64,000 bases of DNA from Cyanobacteria bacterium auto_48_18 (GTDB lineage: Bacteria; Cyanobacteriota; Vampirovibrionia; Obscuribacterales; Obscuribacteraceae), in contig JAVHQC010000020.1 in the NCBI GenBank assembly GCA_036170915.1, positions 96,001 to 160,000 of the forward strand, written 5' to 3'. The notes below the pieces were generated by a model. The model was given only the letters and a program-made list of their open reading frames with translations, made no database searches and had not been told where the DNA came from. This document shows positions 43,642 to 54,378 of the stretch, piece by piece (within the stretch, counting starts at the first letter, position 1; every line of letters begins with the position of its first letter). A program made the translations under genes and the position numbers.

Positions 43642-44820
43642 TTATAGTCCCTTCAATACGTTGCTTGCAATTACCAAACGCTGCACTTCGGAAGTGCCTT
43701 CATAGATTTCCGTGATTTTAGCGTCACGCATATAACGTTCCACCGGATAGTCGGTGACGAAACCGTAACCGCCAAAAATTTGTACACATTTTACAGTATT
43801 GCGCATTGCCATTTCTGAAGCGTAGAGCTTGGCCTGCGCGGCTAGCTTAGTGAATTTTTCACCGCGATCTTGAGCGACGCACGCATTGTATGTCAGTAGT
43901 CTGGCAGCATCGATTTCAGTCTGCATTTCAGCGAACATAAATTGAATGGCTTGAAATTGATTGATGGTTTTGTTGAAAGCGACTCGCTCTTTGCTGTATT
44001 TAAAAGCGTGATCCCAGGCGCCTTGTGCAATGCCCACAGCTTGAGATGCGATGCCGATTCTTCCCCCATCAAGTGTGACCATTGAGACTTTAAAGCCATC
44101 ACCTACCTGACCGAGCATGTTCTCCACAGGTACTGGAGTATCTTCGAAGTTAATTTGGCAAGTTGATGAGCCTTTGATACCAAGCTTGTCTTCCAGTTTT
44201 CCGAAAGTGAAACCAGGAGCGCCTTTCTCTACAATTAATGCCACCAGGCCTTTGTGCTTTAAACTCTGGTCTGTTTGGGCAATGACCAGATAGTAGTCAG
44301 CTTCCACCCCGTTGGTGATCCAGTTTTTGGAACCATTCAAAATAAACTGATCGCCTTTGCGAATGGCCATGCATTTTGCCGCAGCCGAATCGGATCCGGA
44401 GTCTGGCTCAGAAAGAGCAAAAGCACCTAGTTTTTTGCCCTGACACATGGAAGGTAAAAGGCGTTTTTTCTGTTCTTCAGAGCCAAAAATATAAATTGGT
44501 GTGGCGCACAGAGAGACGTGGGCCGAATACAAAACTGAAGTTGTAGCGCAAGCACTACCGAGCTCTTCCACTACAACGCTGTAAGAAACGTGGTCCATTC
44601 CGGCCCCACCGTACTCTTCCGGAAAAGGCAAGCCGCAAAGATCTGACTGCGCCAAAAGGTCCCAGTTTTCTCTCGGAAAACGATGATTCTTATCGACTTC
44701 AGCCGCTCTTGGTGCAAATTCCGCCTGGGCTAATTCTCTTACAGTTTCTTTGATCAGCAATTGATCTTCGGTCAGACGAAATCCAAGAGGCAAGTCCTTA
44801 TGTGTTGTGGCTGTCAACAT
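43642..44820 (-). CDS. Acyl-CoA dehydrogenase (butyryl-CoA/short-chain-like)
   Basis: FALSEPDSGSD, GSKNWITNG, GGYG and EIYEGTSEVQR motifs. Confidence 0.95.
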   Translation of the reverse strand: MLTATTHKDLPLGFRLTEDQLLIKETVRELAQAEFAPRAAEVDKNHRFPRENWDLLAQSDLCGLPFPEEYGGAGMDHVSYSVVVEELGSACATTSVLYSAHVSLCATPIYIFGSEEQKKRLLPSMCQGKKLGAFALSEPDSGSDSAAAKCMAIRKGDQFILNGSKNWITNGVEADYYLVIAQTDQSLKHKGLVALIVEKGAPGFTFGKLEDKLGIKGSSTCQINFEDTPVPVENMLGQVGDGFKVSMVTLDGGRIGIASQAVGIAQGAWDHAFKYSKERVAFNKTINQFQAIQFMFAEMQTEIDAARLLTYNACVAQDRGEKFTKLAAQAKLYASEMAMRNTVKCVQIFGGYGFVTDYPVERYMRDAKITEIYEGTSEVQRLVIASNVLKGL

Positions 44821-45003
44821 TTTTCACCTGAGATATGGATACTTGAATTATCGGATCATTGCTCTAAGCTCAATGGGGCCCGCTTCGGTCAGCGCCTATC
44901 CTTTTTTCAGGCTCTGATCATAGCACCTGAAAGAGCCTCTTGACCGGCTTTAGCAGTTGATGATGTTGTACAGTATTGAGGAATAAACGGAAGGAAATAA
45001 ATT

Positions 45004-46482
45004 GTGGCGGATATCAAGGTACTCTATGTCGAAGACTCCAAAAGCTCGAGCTCGAGCCTGCGGCAAGCCTTAAAAAACGAAGGTCTGACTGTTGTTTTTT
45101 GTGGCGGCGGCTTTGACGCCCTTGATGAGCTCGCCAGCGACGGCGCCGACATTGTCGTGGCCGCAACCAAGGTCAACGATTTAAGCGGTTATCAATTGGC
45201 CAGTTTAATTAAATCGAGTGAAGTGGTCAGTCAGCTGCCGGTTGTATTGTTCGTCTCCGACGACGCCGCCCCCGATGATTTCTGGATCAAAGCAGCGCGC
45301 CCTGATGTAATTGTCAGTGCCGAAGATCTCAAGGAGCCGGCCAAGGTCGCCACTATGATTCGCGATCTGGCTGAAAACGCCAGGCTGGCAGGCTGGGAAA
45401 AATCGATTGGAAAAGCAGTTCTGGTGCCATCTCAAGGTTTCTCTTCGGCGAGTTTAATTGAAAGTTACTCCAGCTTATTGAACGATCTTTTGCTCGAGCG
45501 CGCCGTCAATCGCACTGCCCGCACACTTACCGCTCTGGTTGAGCCACGCAGTCAATTTCTAGAAGCGTTCTTTACTTTCATCACTGAAATTTTTGAACCA
45601 GATATGTTAGGAATTGTCATTGCCGACGTCAATTCGCCCTGGGCCGCCATGCAGGTTAAAGACACGGTTTCGCAATACGCTTACGACTCAGTAATCAAAC
45701 AAATTTCTAAGCAGCTTGATCTGGCCGAGAATATTAAGGTGGAATTGCGTGGCAGTTTGAGTGATCAAAACAGTGGCAGCACACTGGGATCAATTGAGAT
45801 TCTCAACGTAGCGACGGAAAAACAAGGCATGGGTGCACTTGTATTTGCCAGTAGCGGAAAAAATGCTTTCAGCCCCGCTGCTAAATCTTTTATGGCAGTG
45901 CTCAAACAGGAGCTAAAGCCTGTTGTTCAGCTGCTTCTGGCTAAGCAAGAAATCGAAGAGTTGCATTCGCGTGAAGCTTATCGCGCTGCCATCGATTCGC
46001 TCACTGGTCTATACAATTTAGAATTTCTTGTGGGCTTTTTACAACAACAATTGCTGTTCTCTTTCCGCCAGAGATTGCCTGTCGGTATGGCCATTATAGA
46101 CGTTGATAATTTTGCCAAGATCAACGAAGAGCATGGTTATGAAATCGGCGACTCAGTGCTCAACACCATTGCCAACAGGCTATTACAAATCACCCGTTCA
46201 AGCGATCTTCTGGCTCGATATGGTGGTGACCAATTTGCTGTGGTCTTGCCCAACACCGATCTGGCCGGCACCAAAATTCTTGGTGAAAAGGTGAGATCTG
46301 AAATGGAATTTGTCAGCTTCAGTCAAGACAATGGGCGCAAGGGGCCAAGGGTGACGGTTTCGGTAGGCTGCGCAAACTTCAATATGGAAGATTTAAATCC
46401 GGAGACAATTTTGCGCGACGCTAAATTGGCTTTGAGACAAGCAAAAGATGCAGGACGCAATCAGGTTGCAGCTAGCAGCTAA
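45004..46482 (+). CDS. Pseudo-receiver plus GGDEF-domain protein (GGDQF variant)
   Basis: N-terminal REC-like fold; DSLTGLYN, RSSD and RYGGDQF. Confidence 0.85.
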   Translation: MADIKVLYVEDSKSSSSSLRQALKNEGLTVVFCGGGFDALDELASDGADIVVAATKVNDLSGYQLASLIKSSEVVSQLPVVLFVSDDAAPDDFWIKAARPDVIVSAEDLKEPAKVATMIRDLAENARLAGWEKSIGKAVLVPSQGFSSASLIESYSSLLNDLLLERAVNRTARTLTALVEPRSQFLEAFFTFITEIFEPDMLGIVIADVNSPWAAMQVKDTVSQYAYDSVIKQISKQLDLAENIKVELRGSLSDQNSGSTLGSIEILNVATEKQGMGALVFASSGKNAFSPAAKSFMAVLKQELKPVVQLLLAKQEIEELHSREAYRAAIDSLTGLYNLEFLVGFLQQQLLFSFRQRLPVGMAIIDVDNFAKINEEHGYEIGDSVLNTIANRLLQITRSSDLLARYGGDQFAVVLPNTDLAGTKILGEKVRSEMEFVSFSQDNGRKGPRVTVSVGCANFNMEDLNPETILRDAKLALRQAKDAGRNQVAASS

Positions 46483-46491
46483 AAAGTACAT

Positions 46492-47664
46492 TTACACTTC
46501 GGCCGTCAGTACGCTGTAAAAACTGTCTATTGTTGTAAGCAATGTTTTTTCGTCAATCAGAGCCATGACACTTGCTAAAAGTATGGCTGCGCCCGCTCCC
46601 ACTCCTTCTTTGACGTGACCTAATTCGTAGGCTCGCAGTCCGGGGTGGCCCGATTCTGCCAGGCTTAAGTTTGATGCAACAAATGGAGCACCTACTAGTG
46701 CAGCCAGAGTAGCGGTATCAGCAGTAGTGTCACAGGCAACCCATTTTGTGGTGGCAACCAAAGTGTTAGCCAAGACGCGATTTTGTTTGGCGGCCATTTG
46801 CGAAGCCAGGGCATAAACCGCTAGCATTTGTGATCCACCGGCCAACACGGTGATCAATCCTTGTGATGACCGGGCAGTGACTAAGGCTACGGCAAATGCT
46901 TGCATAGGGTCGCCCACTGCGGCAATGGCGTCCAGCGGATCAGCCTTAAAATATTCACTGCTGTTGCCATTTAAATGTCTCCGGTTAGAAGCATTAGCAA
47001 CTGCTCTTTTGGCCAGGGCGACTTTTTGCCCGTGATTACTTTTCACCAGGCTGCTGGAGAGCAAATTCTCGGCTTCAAAGCCAAGGGCGTGAAAAACGGC
47101 TTGAGCTGTGGTGGTGCCTCCAGGAACACACTCAGCTAAGACTACGATTTCTTCACTTGAGAGTTTTTCAGCCAAACTCAGACCAGAGTGAAAAAGCAAT
47201 TTGATTTCGTCGTTAGTGAGGGCGTCGACATTGGCCTCAGCGTCTAGAGTGCGCCCGGGCTGTGCACCGGCTTTAATATGACTGACTGTGGGGCTGACAA
47301 AAGCACCACAATCGACAATGGTTGTTTTGTGCGGAATTAAACTCAGTGCCGCCCGCGCTAGCACCACTGGTGATGCTATTCCGCCAGGTGATTTGGGGAT
47401 TTCTCCATTGTCCGAAGCCGATACAAGAGCGTCCGCGTCCAGAGCCGGAGTAAACCTGCGGGCTTGGGCCGTGACACCAGCGGCTGAAATGTTTTCAATA
47501 TCGCTGACTGCTGTTCCTGCAAGCGCCAGCACAAAATGCATATGGCGGCACCGGCTAATGCGCTCGAGAAGCTTAGTTGCCGCGCCTCCTGCATCGAAGA
47601 CTATGTTTGCACCATTTCTATAATGCGGATGGCCGTTATGATTCAAGCGGCACCACACTGTCAC
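46492..47664 (-). CDS. cobT: Nicotinate-mononucleotide:base phosphoribosyltransferase, cyanobacterial/archaeal CobT type
   Basis: ISAAG, ECVPGGTTTA, LAGGSQM and VKEGVGAG motifs; exact start uncertain. Confidence 0.85.
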   Translation of the reverse strand: MTVWCRLNHNGHPHYRNGANIVFDAGGAATKLLERISRCRHMHFVLALAGTAVSDIENISAAGVTAQARRFTPALDADALVSASDNGEIPKSPGGIASPVVLARAALSLIPHKTTIVDCGAFVSPTVSHIKAGAQPGRTLDAEANVDALTNDEIKLLFHSGLSLAEKLSSEEIVVLAECVPGGTTTAQAVFHALGFEAENLLSSSLVKSNHGQKVALAKRAVANASNRRHLNGNSSEYFKADPLDAIAAVGDPMQAFAVALVTARSSQGLITVLAGGSQMLAVYALASQMAAKQNRVLANTLVATTKWVACDTTADTATLAALVGAPFVASNLSLAESGHPGLRAYELGHVKEGVGAGAAILLASVMALIDEKTLLTTIDSFYSVLTAEV

Positions 47665-48589
47665 GCAGCACCTCGCAGAGCATGGCTACGCTCATCGGTA
47701 TAACGATTAAACTAGACAGTCCCTGCCAGATTTGCCAGGCATAACTCGTAAAATCGATTGTCAGAGTCGTTGGCGCTGGCTGAAATAGCAGAGGCACCGC
47801 ATATGGTGTGGTAATGACGTAAACTGCTATCGACACCAAAAGCGATACTATAGTTAATGCTGGTGAGGCAACGATGGAAAGCCATAGGCTCTCGATAGTT
47901 ACCTCTTTCACGCTCTTGCTCAGCATAGTCGACATGGCCAAAACAGCCATTGAGTAATTGGACAATATCAATCCTACAATCAGCAGAGCTACTCCAGCAC
48001 CAGTTTTTAAATTGTTTACCGGCTCAGGTGGTATCTGCAGTTGAGCGATCACTTCCGGTGTTAGACCTGTAACTACAGCAGAACAAGCACACCAGACGAA
48101 CAGCAAGGGAATCATGATTACAGTGCTGGTAAGCCAGGCCTTTACTAAAGTGCCTTTATGAGCTCGTACCATTTCCAGCGCCTGAGAAAGATCTTGTTCA
48201 ATTTTCGTCTGATAACCTGGTGCGCCAATTTGACTGAGAGGAAATCTCAGGTAGGCTCTGGTGAAACCGGCCAGGCGCATGACCAGAATAAAGAGGGCGA
48301 TGAGCATTAAGATGCCGGCAATCATTGAGGTAGCGCTAAAACCAATCAAAGCTGGAAAAAGCTTATTGGCGTCCATGACGTTGTCCGCTCCCGGCTTAAC
48401 ACCGCTAAGTACCTGTAAGCCAGCGGTCAACAGTAATGAGCCGAGGGTGCTCAAAATCACTGGTGCTTTGAAGTAGCGCACAAAGGCCAGGGCAAAAGCG
48501 AAAGTGTGACGCCACCATGAGGCTCGAAAGAAGCGTTTCATCGCTGCAAAACTTTGCCATTTAGATGGTTTTTCGTTGCTATCCGTCAT
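47636..48589 (-). CDS. Hypothetical polytopic membrane protein
   Basis: About 6 hydrophobic segments; overlaps the cobT start. Confidence 0.75.
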   Translation of the reverse strand: MTDSNEKPSKWQSFAAMKRFFRASWWRHTFAFALAFVRYFKAPVILSTLGSLLLTAGLQVLSGVKPGADNVMDANKLFPALIGFSATSMIAGILMLIALFILVMRLAGFTRAYLRFPLSQIGAPGYQTKIEQDLSQALEMVRAHKGTLVKAWLTSTVIMIPLLFVWCACSAVVTGLTPEVIAQLQIPPEPVNNLKTGAGVALLIVGLILSNYSMAVLAMSTMLSKSVKEVTIESLWLSIVASPALTIVSLLVSIAVYVITTPYAVPLLFQPAPTTLTIDFTSYAWQIWQGLSSLIVIPMSVAMLCEVLRDSVVPLES

Positions 48590-48835
48590 GTTGCTTCAAA
48601 AATGGAAATCATTAAATGCTATTTACCGCTGTCGTGTTTATGCCGAAAAAAACGGAAACTATGCCAGGGTGCTGCATCTCAGCTTGCTTGAGTTTTCAGT
48701 GCGGCAACCGGGCGCAATAATAGGAGCTTACAGTAAGGGAGTCTAAGATGAATTCTTGACAAATTGTGCCATGATTCCAACAGGAAGTCGAAGCAAGCGC
48801 CGAACGTACAAGGCCATACAGGGAAACAGACAAAA

Positions 48836-49915
48836 ATGATTTTGTCGCTGGGAAATGCCAACCAAGAGATTGTAGACAGGGTTTGTCAGAACCTGACTGA
48901 TCGCGGCCTGGAAAACAAAGTGGTGCGCTGCGCTAAGACAACGCTGGTGGTTGTGCTTTCTGACGCTGACACACTGCCTGGTCACATTTTTAGTCAAATG
49001 GAAGGCGTACAGAAAGTTGTGCGCATGAGCAACAGCCCCCTAGTTAAAGATGTAACTCCAGGGTCGATAAGTATTTCCGCAGGAGAGCAGCTCGTCGAAC
49101 TGGGTGGCGGATTGCCACCGGTGATGATCGCCGGGCCTTGCGCCATTGAAAGTCGCGAACAGATTCTTGAACTGGCTAAGGCGGTTAAGAGCGCAGGTGC
49201 TGTGGCCCTTCGCGGTGGTGCTTACAAGCCACGCACTTCACCTTACGATTTTCAGGGCCTGGGTCTTGATGGCCTCAAGTATATGAAAGAAGCCGGTTTG
49301 CAAAACGGGCTGCCTGTTATTAGCGAAGTGGTCTCTATCGAACAAATTGAACCGTCGGCGCCCTATATCGATGTTTTTCAGGTCGGCGCTCGCAATATGT
49401 TCAACTATGAGCTTTTAAAAGAGCTTGGCCGCCAGCGCAAACCAGTTCTGCTTAAGCGCGGCATGTCGGCCACTATCGACGAACTTTTGCAAGCAGCCGA
49501 ATATATTTTACTGCAAGGCAATTTGCAGGTGATTTTATGCGAACGTGGCATTCGCACTTTTGAAAATCGCACTCGCAATACGCTCGATCTTTCTGCTGTG
49601 CCTGTTCTTAAGTCTTTGACTAGCCTGCCGGTGGTGGTAGATCCCTCTCACGCTGTAGGCAAACGCGACTTCATTGCACCACTTTCTCGAGCCGCCATCG
49701 CCTGTGGTGCTGATGGTTTAATCGTAGAGAGCCATTGCACCCCTGATCAGTCAATCTCTGATGCTGCTCAGGCTATTACTCCTGAAGTGCTCGCAGGCAT
49801 AGTTAATGACGCCGCCACTATTTTCCATGCTCTTAATCCAGGCTACGTAGCCAGTGCTTCCGGCTTGAATGCGAACTCCGGTCTTGGTGCTTCGCGCTTT
49901 GCCGTAGCGAAATAA
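48836..49915 (+). CDS. aroF: DAHP synthase type I-beta with N-terminal regulatory domain
   Basis: [24 protein letters not shown] and DPSH motifs; in-frame ATG at 48836 preferred over the track start at 48764. Confidence 0.93.
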   Translation: MILSLGNANQEIVDRVCQNLTDRGLENKVVRCAKTTLVVVLSDADTLPGHIFSQMEGVQKVVRMSNSPLVKDVTPGSISISAGEQLVELGGGLPPVMIAGPCAIESREQILELAKAVKSAGAVALRGGAYKPRTSPYDFQGLGLDGLKYMKEAGLQNGLPVISEVVSIEQIEPSAPYIDVFQVGARNMFNYELLKELGRQRKPVLLKRGMSATIDELLQAAEYILLQGNLQVILCERGIRTFENRTRNTLDLSAVPVLKSLTSLPVVVDPSHAVGKRDFIAPLSRAAIACGADGLIVESHCTPDQSISDAAQAITPEVLAGIVNDAATIFHALNPGYVASASGLNANSGLGASRFAVAK

Positions 49916-49944
49916 GTTTCAGCCGAATCAGTGTCAGACTTGAA

Positions 49945-49985
49945 CTTAGAATTTAAACTCAGAACCTAAACTCAGAACTTAAACT
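49945..49985. repeat. Tandem repeat, 3 x 13 bp, between convergent genes
   Basis: cttagaatttaaa ctcagaacctaaa ctcagaacttaaa ct. Confidence 0.75.
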
Positions 49986-49988
49986 GTC

Positions 49989-52670
49989 TTAGCGCTGAGT
50001 ATTTCTTTCTGGCCCAAATTTATCGAGAATCTTGACGAAATTATCGTTAACGGCGATTTCGTCAGGCACTGCGCCATAGGTGTCTGCCACCATCTTTTTG
50101 TAGACCGGTCTGCCGCCTGCATTATTGCCTTTATTGAGCTGCACTTTAACGCCGTTTTCATAAATCGGTTTGAGCACCACCATTCCGGCAATGTCGTCCA
50201 CATTGTTGGTGAAGCGGTTGAAACCGGCTCCATCAGCGCCAACACCATGTTCGGCCAGGCGAGAGACCTCAATGAAATGCGGTGAGCGTGTGCCAGGTTG
50301 ATTAATGAAGCGGCCGTTTTTGCCGAAGAGCACAATTGTGCCGTCTTCCGGCAAGGTGCCATTGTTCTGGCGGTTGAGAATTTCTTTGAGCACTGGTTGG
50401 TTCTCGGCAAAATCATGCAACTGGCGATTTCTGGTTTCGTCCAGCAATCTGGTTTTTGATTCGAGGTGTTGTTGAATTTCGGCCAGGCGTTTTTCAGGAG
50501 AGCCATTACTTACGCCGCGGCCTGGTTCGCGCAAATCGGCGAGTTTTTCGCGGAAGCCTTTGTATGAGTTTGGCAGGCCGTTCATCATGCCTTCCAGTTC
50601 AGCCACAGATTGAGTGGCTATCTGTCCGCGTTTGCCAGAATCGGCTGTCTGAGCCAATTCTTTTGAAACAGCTTTAGCGTACTGTGAAACTACTTTTAGA
50701 GCACGGGTGTAGGATGGTCCACGATCGCCGCCCAGTTCTGTTTGTGCATTTTGAATATTCTTTTCGGCTTTCAATCTGGTCTCAGCCAGTGATTCGCCGG
50801 GTCTGGCTTTGTATACATTGCTGTCAATTTCGAGAATGGTTTTTCTGTTGACTTCAATTTCACGCACCAGTTTATTTGCTTCCACAATGGCGTGAGCGTT
50901 ACTTCTGGCTGTTTCTAAAGCTGGGCTGACCTTCACGGTCTCTACGGGTTTAATAGCATCTGGAGCTTTTTCGCTCACCACTTCTGCGGGCTTGGAGGTG
51001 GTTTCGCGAGCTACAGGCTCCTTAACAACAACAGGCTGTTCTTTAGCAACAACAGGCTGCTCTTTAGCAACTACAGGCTGCTCTTTAACGACTACAGGCT
51101 CAGTTTTGGCTTTTACTTCGGCCAGGGCCTCGGCGATGGCCGTGCGACCGCTATCTTTTACAACTACTTCAGGGGCTACTTCAGCAGCTGGTTTAGTCGC
51201 AACAACTTTTTCTACTGGCTGTACTTGTTCTGCTTGCTTTGCTGGCTGTGCTTTCTCGACTTTGACTAATTTAGTGGGGTCGGCTTCCAGCTCAGACATG
51301 CGCTTCTGGTGGCTGGTGACAAGCTCTTGAGCGCTGGCATTCAAGGTCTCGCGCTGAGTGCGTACAGTGCCCAGTTCAGCTTCGGTGGCTTTGATTTGCT
51401 CGTCGAGCAAAGCAATTTTGCCTGGCTTCGCTTGTTCGGCGGCAGTGAGAGCTAACTCGGCTTCACTGACTCGCTGTTTGGCGCGAGTCATGGCTTCCGG
51501 TCCGCCCATGGCTTTAGCTTCTTCAAAAGCGGTTTTTGCGTTGCGGAAATCTTGATTCTTGCTGTCGAATGCTTGTTTTTCGGCAGTTGGTTTGCCATCA
51601 GGGGTGGTGGCTTCAGTAATTTTGCCGCGCAGTTCTTCTCTTTCGCGGAACAATCTGTCGTGCTCACGGCGTTTGGGCTCAATGGTGCGAGCGACTTCTT
51701 CCGTTGCCCTAAGATTTTCTTGAGCGCGGCTCAGTTGACCTTTTTCGGCAGGCGCACCGGTCAGTGCGTCTTTCTCTTGCAACTGTTTGGCTATTTTGCT
51801 GGTGAGCTGAGTCTCTCTGGTGGCCAGAGTGAGGTTTTGATGATGGGCATCGGTGAGCTTGCCTTTGAGATCGACAATGACACCATCTTCGCTCAGCGCT
51901 GCTTTTTTCAGCTGCACTTGCAAATCTGTAAATGAGGCGGCCGCTTTGGGTTTGGTATTTACCAGTTCTTTGACTTGCTCAAAGACACCAGTGGCGCCAC
52001 CTTTTTCTTTGCCGGCAAAGCTGCGCGATGATAGGCCGCTGACATTCTCAGTGCCCAAGAATTCTGTCACTTTGCCGATGTGAGTCTTACCGGCAGAAAT
52101 TGCGTCTACATGCCAGTTGCTTTTAATTGTGGACATTCCGGCTTTCATACCGAGACCACCAGCAGTGCCAGCCAGAGCTACGTCAAATAAAATCGCTCCG
52201 CCGCTATTGGCCACCGCTTTGCGATTGGCTTCCAGGTTGGATCCCGAGTGATATGCGTCGCTGACAGCATTGAAAGTTGCTTGCGGTCTGCCGGCATTGA
52301 ATTCGCTATATACCCAGGCAGCGCCCATGCCGAGCCCTGCTGTTATTGCTCCAGCCTTACCGTATTTGCCCATTTTTGACACGGCCGACAGGCCGTAACC
52401 GACTGCAAAACTCTCAGCCACAGTAGTGGCAGTCTGCAATTTATTTTCTGCTGAGTGTGTAATACCATTGCTCATTCCGTCCAATAGGCCGCCAGCCAGG
52501 ACCGATGTTGCTCTGACGGTGCCCGACAGGCCTCCGTCAGTTTTTGTACTTGGATTTAGCATTTCCAGAGACAGACGCGAACGCGATTCGTTGTTGACTA
52601 AATCACCATCACTTTTGATTTTATCGGGGTCAACCGTAATTTCTTTGGCGTGATTCGCGGTTTGTGGCAT
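49989..52670 (-). CDS. Large hypothetical protein: Gly/Ala-rich hydrophobic helices, coiled coil, EQPVVAK repeats and C-terminal globular domain
   Basis: 893-aa uninterrupted ORF with GGAG SD; 21-bp repeats at about 51010-51100. Confidence 0.85.
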   Translation of the reverse strand: MPQTANHAKEITVDPDKIKSDGDLVNNESRSRLSLEMLNPSTKTDGGLSGTVRATSVLAGGLLDGMSNGITHSAENKLQTATTVAESFAVGYGLSAVSKMGKYGKAGAITAGLGMGAAWVYSEFNAGRPQATFNAVSDAYHSGSNLEANRKAVANSGGAILFDVALAGTAGGLGMKAGMSTIKSNWHVDAISAGKTHIGKVTEFLGTENVSGLSSRSFAGKEKGGATGVFEQVKELVNTKPKAAASFTDLQVQLKKAALSEDGVIVDLKGKLTDAHHQNLTLATRETQLTSKIAKQLQEKDALTGAPAEKGQLSRAQENLRATEEVARTIEPKRREHDRLFREREELRGKITEATTPDGKPTAEKQAFDSKNQDFRNAKTAFEEAKAMGGPEAMTRAKQRVSEAELALTAAEQAKPGKIALLDEQIKATEAELGTVRTQRETLNASAQELVTSHQKRMSELEADPTKLVKVEKAQPAKQAEQVQPVEKVVATKPAAEVAPEVVVKDSGRTAIAEALAEVKAKTEPVVVKEQPVVAKEQPVVAKEQPVVVKEPVARETTSKPAEVVSEKAPDAIKPVETVKVSPALETARSNAHAIVEANKLVREIEVNRKTILEIDSNVYKARPGESLAETRLKAEKNIQNAQTELGGDRGPSYTRALKVVSQYAKAVSKELAQTADSGKRGQIATQSVAELEGMMNGLPNSYKGFREKLADLREPGRGVSNGSPEKRLAEIQQHLESKTRLLDETRNRQLHDFAENQPVLKEILNRQNNGTLPEDGTIVLFGKNGRFINQPGTRSPHFIEVSRLAEHGVGADGAGFNRFTNNVDDIAGMVVLKPIYENGVKVQLNKGNNAGGRPVYKKMVADTYGAVPDEIAVNDNFVKILDKFGPERNTQR

Positions 52671-52953
52671 GGGCTAGGTTCTCCAAGAAAATTGTGGCTT
52701 GTCAGCTAGTGACTTTGCCTTCCACTGGTTTCGGGGTTTGTGATAGGCATCTTAAGTGCCTGCCAAGAGCAAGTCGATTGGGGAAAATCCCCATCACTCC
52801 GTAGTCCTCCCATGCCTGAAGATGAAATTGGCACCTGTGCCTGTCCCCTCAGAACTGCAGGCCAAATTCATTTTTTCTACCGACCTATATATAGAAGTGG
52901 CAGCATTGCTAAACAGCGCCATAAATTGCTAGATTGACTCCCTGAAACAATTT

Positions 52954-54378
52954 TTGTCTTATATAGAGGGAATTAGCCGCTTGCTCACTGGAATACTATG
53001 CCTGGCAGTTTTTCTGGTCATGGCTATGTTCATGTATGCCAGGCGAATTTCAGCACTGCTGGCCTTGCCCATTATGGCTTTTGCCATAGCTTTGATTGGC
53101 GGCGTCGAGCCCAAAAATATTGTCAAAGATGTGCTCAGTGCAGGCTCACTTAAATTGCATGCCGCCTATACCACAACTATGTTCGGAGCAATGCTGGCCG
53201 AGCTCATGAATAAACACGGCATGGCCCGCGCCCTGGTGCGCTGGGTGGCAGAGTTTGCCGGTGATAATCCGTATTTACTGGGCATTTTGCTCACTGCTGT
53301 GACCGCCCTTCTGTTCTCCACCCTGGGGGGCTTAGGGGCTGTAATCATGGTAGGCACCATCATTTTGCCGGTGATGCTTTCTTTAGGCATTCCCGCTCTA
53401 GGAGCTGCCGGACTTTTTCTTTTTGGCATATCGCTGGGGGGAATGTTCAATCTGACTAACTGGCAGCTCTATACCGATGTTTTGAAAGTAGAGCAAGCAG
53501 CCATCGTCTCATTTGTCGCCCCTTTTGCTTTGATAATTTGTTTTGTGGTGTTGCTCTTTCTGGCTGTGGAATTAAAAGATCGGCGCAATTTGAAATTCCT
53601 CGGTATAGGGGCGCTTCTCTTAGCCGGGCTTTATCCACTATTGGCTCAATTTACTCCAGCAGGCCCGGCAGCAAAAGAGCCGCCCCCGGTGTCGTATGTG
53701 GTGGCGGGCGTAAGTCTTCTTGCTCTCAGTCTATTTGCGCTCTTGCGTCATCTACGCAGAAGCACCAATCTGCCTGGTATCGCCTTGCTCACTCCTGTTA
53801 TTCCGCTCTTTTTTGTACTGGTTTTTCGCTGGGAAATCATTCCTGCCTTTATCATTGGTCTGGTTTTTGGTGTGCTCACCACCTGGTGTAATCAGTCAAT
53901 TAATTTGCTCACGCGATCAATTATCGACGGCGTCAGCAATGTTATTCCAGCTGTGCTTTTGATGATGGGCATTGGCATGCTGATTACGGCGGTGATGGAT
54001 CCCAAAGTTTCCGACGCCATTGCACCGATTATCAAAGCTGTAGTGCCGGTGACACCTCTGGCATACATACTGGTATTTGCTCTGGCTTCACCACTGGCTC
54101 TCTATCGCGGTCCACTAAGCTTGTGGGGCATGGGCAGCGGCCTTGTGGCGCTGACTGTAAAAGTAACCACGCTCACTCCGCAGGCGATTATGGGAATGCT
54201 CATGTCTGTTGGTCAGGTGCAGGGTGTGTGTGACCCGACCAATACTCAAAATATCTGGATTGCAACTTATCTTGGTGTGGACACTCAAGCGATTTTGCGC
54301 AAGACCATGCCTTACGCCCTGATCGCCGTGGTACTGGGCCTCACTCTTTCAGTGGTGAAAGGTTTTGTGCCATGGTAA
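52954..54378 (+). CDS. Ion-transporter-superfamily permease (GntP/citrate-transporter-like)
   Basis: More than 12 hydrophobic segments; DPTNTQN motif; overlaps the hydantoinase gene. Confidence 0.75.
   Translation: MSYIEGISRLLTGILCLAVFLVMAMFMYARRISALLALPIMAFAIALIGGVEPKNIVKDVLSAGSLKLHAAYTTTMFGAMLAELMNKHGMARALVRWVAEFAGDNPYLLGILLTAVTALLFSTLGGLGAVIMVGTIILPVMLSLGIPALGAAGLFLFGISLGGMFNLTNWQLYTDVLKVEQAAIVSFVAPFALIICFVVLLFLAVELKDRRNLKFLGIGALLLAGLYPLLAQFTPAGPAAKEPPPVSYVVAGVSLLALSLFALLRHLRRSTNLPGIALLTPVIPLFFVLVFRWEIIPAFIIGLVFGVLTTWCNQSINLLTRSIIDGVSNVIPAVLLMMGIGMLITAVMDPKVSDAIAPIIKAVVPVTPLAYILVFALASPLALYRGPLSLWGMGSGLVALTVKVTTLTPQAIMGMLMSVGQVQGVCDPTNTQNIWIATYLGVDTQAILRKTMPYALIAVVLGLTLSVVKGFVPW

Noticed and set aside
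49979..50506. 175-aa alternative-frame ORF within the 893-aa gene
   Set aside because: Almost entirely overlaps a longer same-strand ORF; no motifs or SD.
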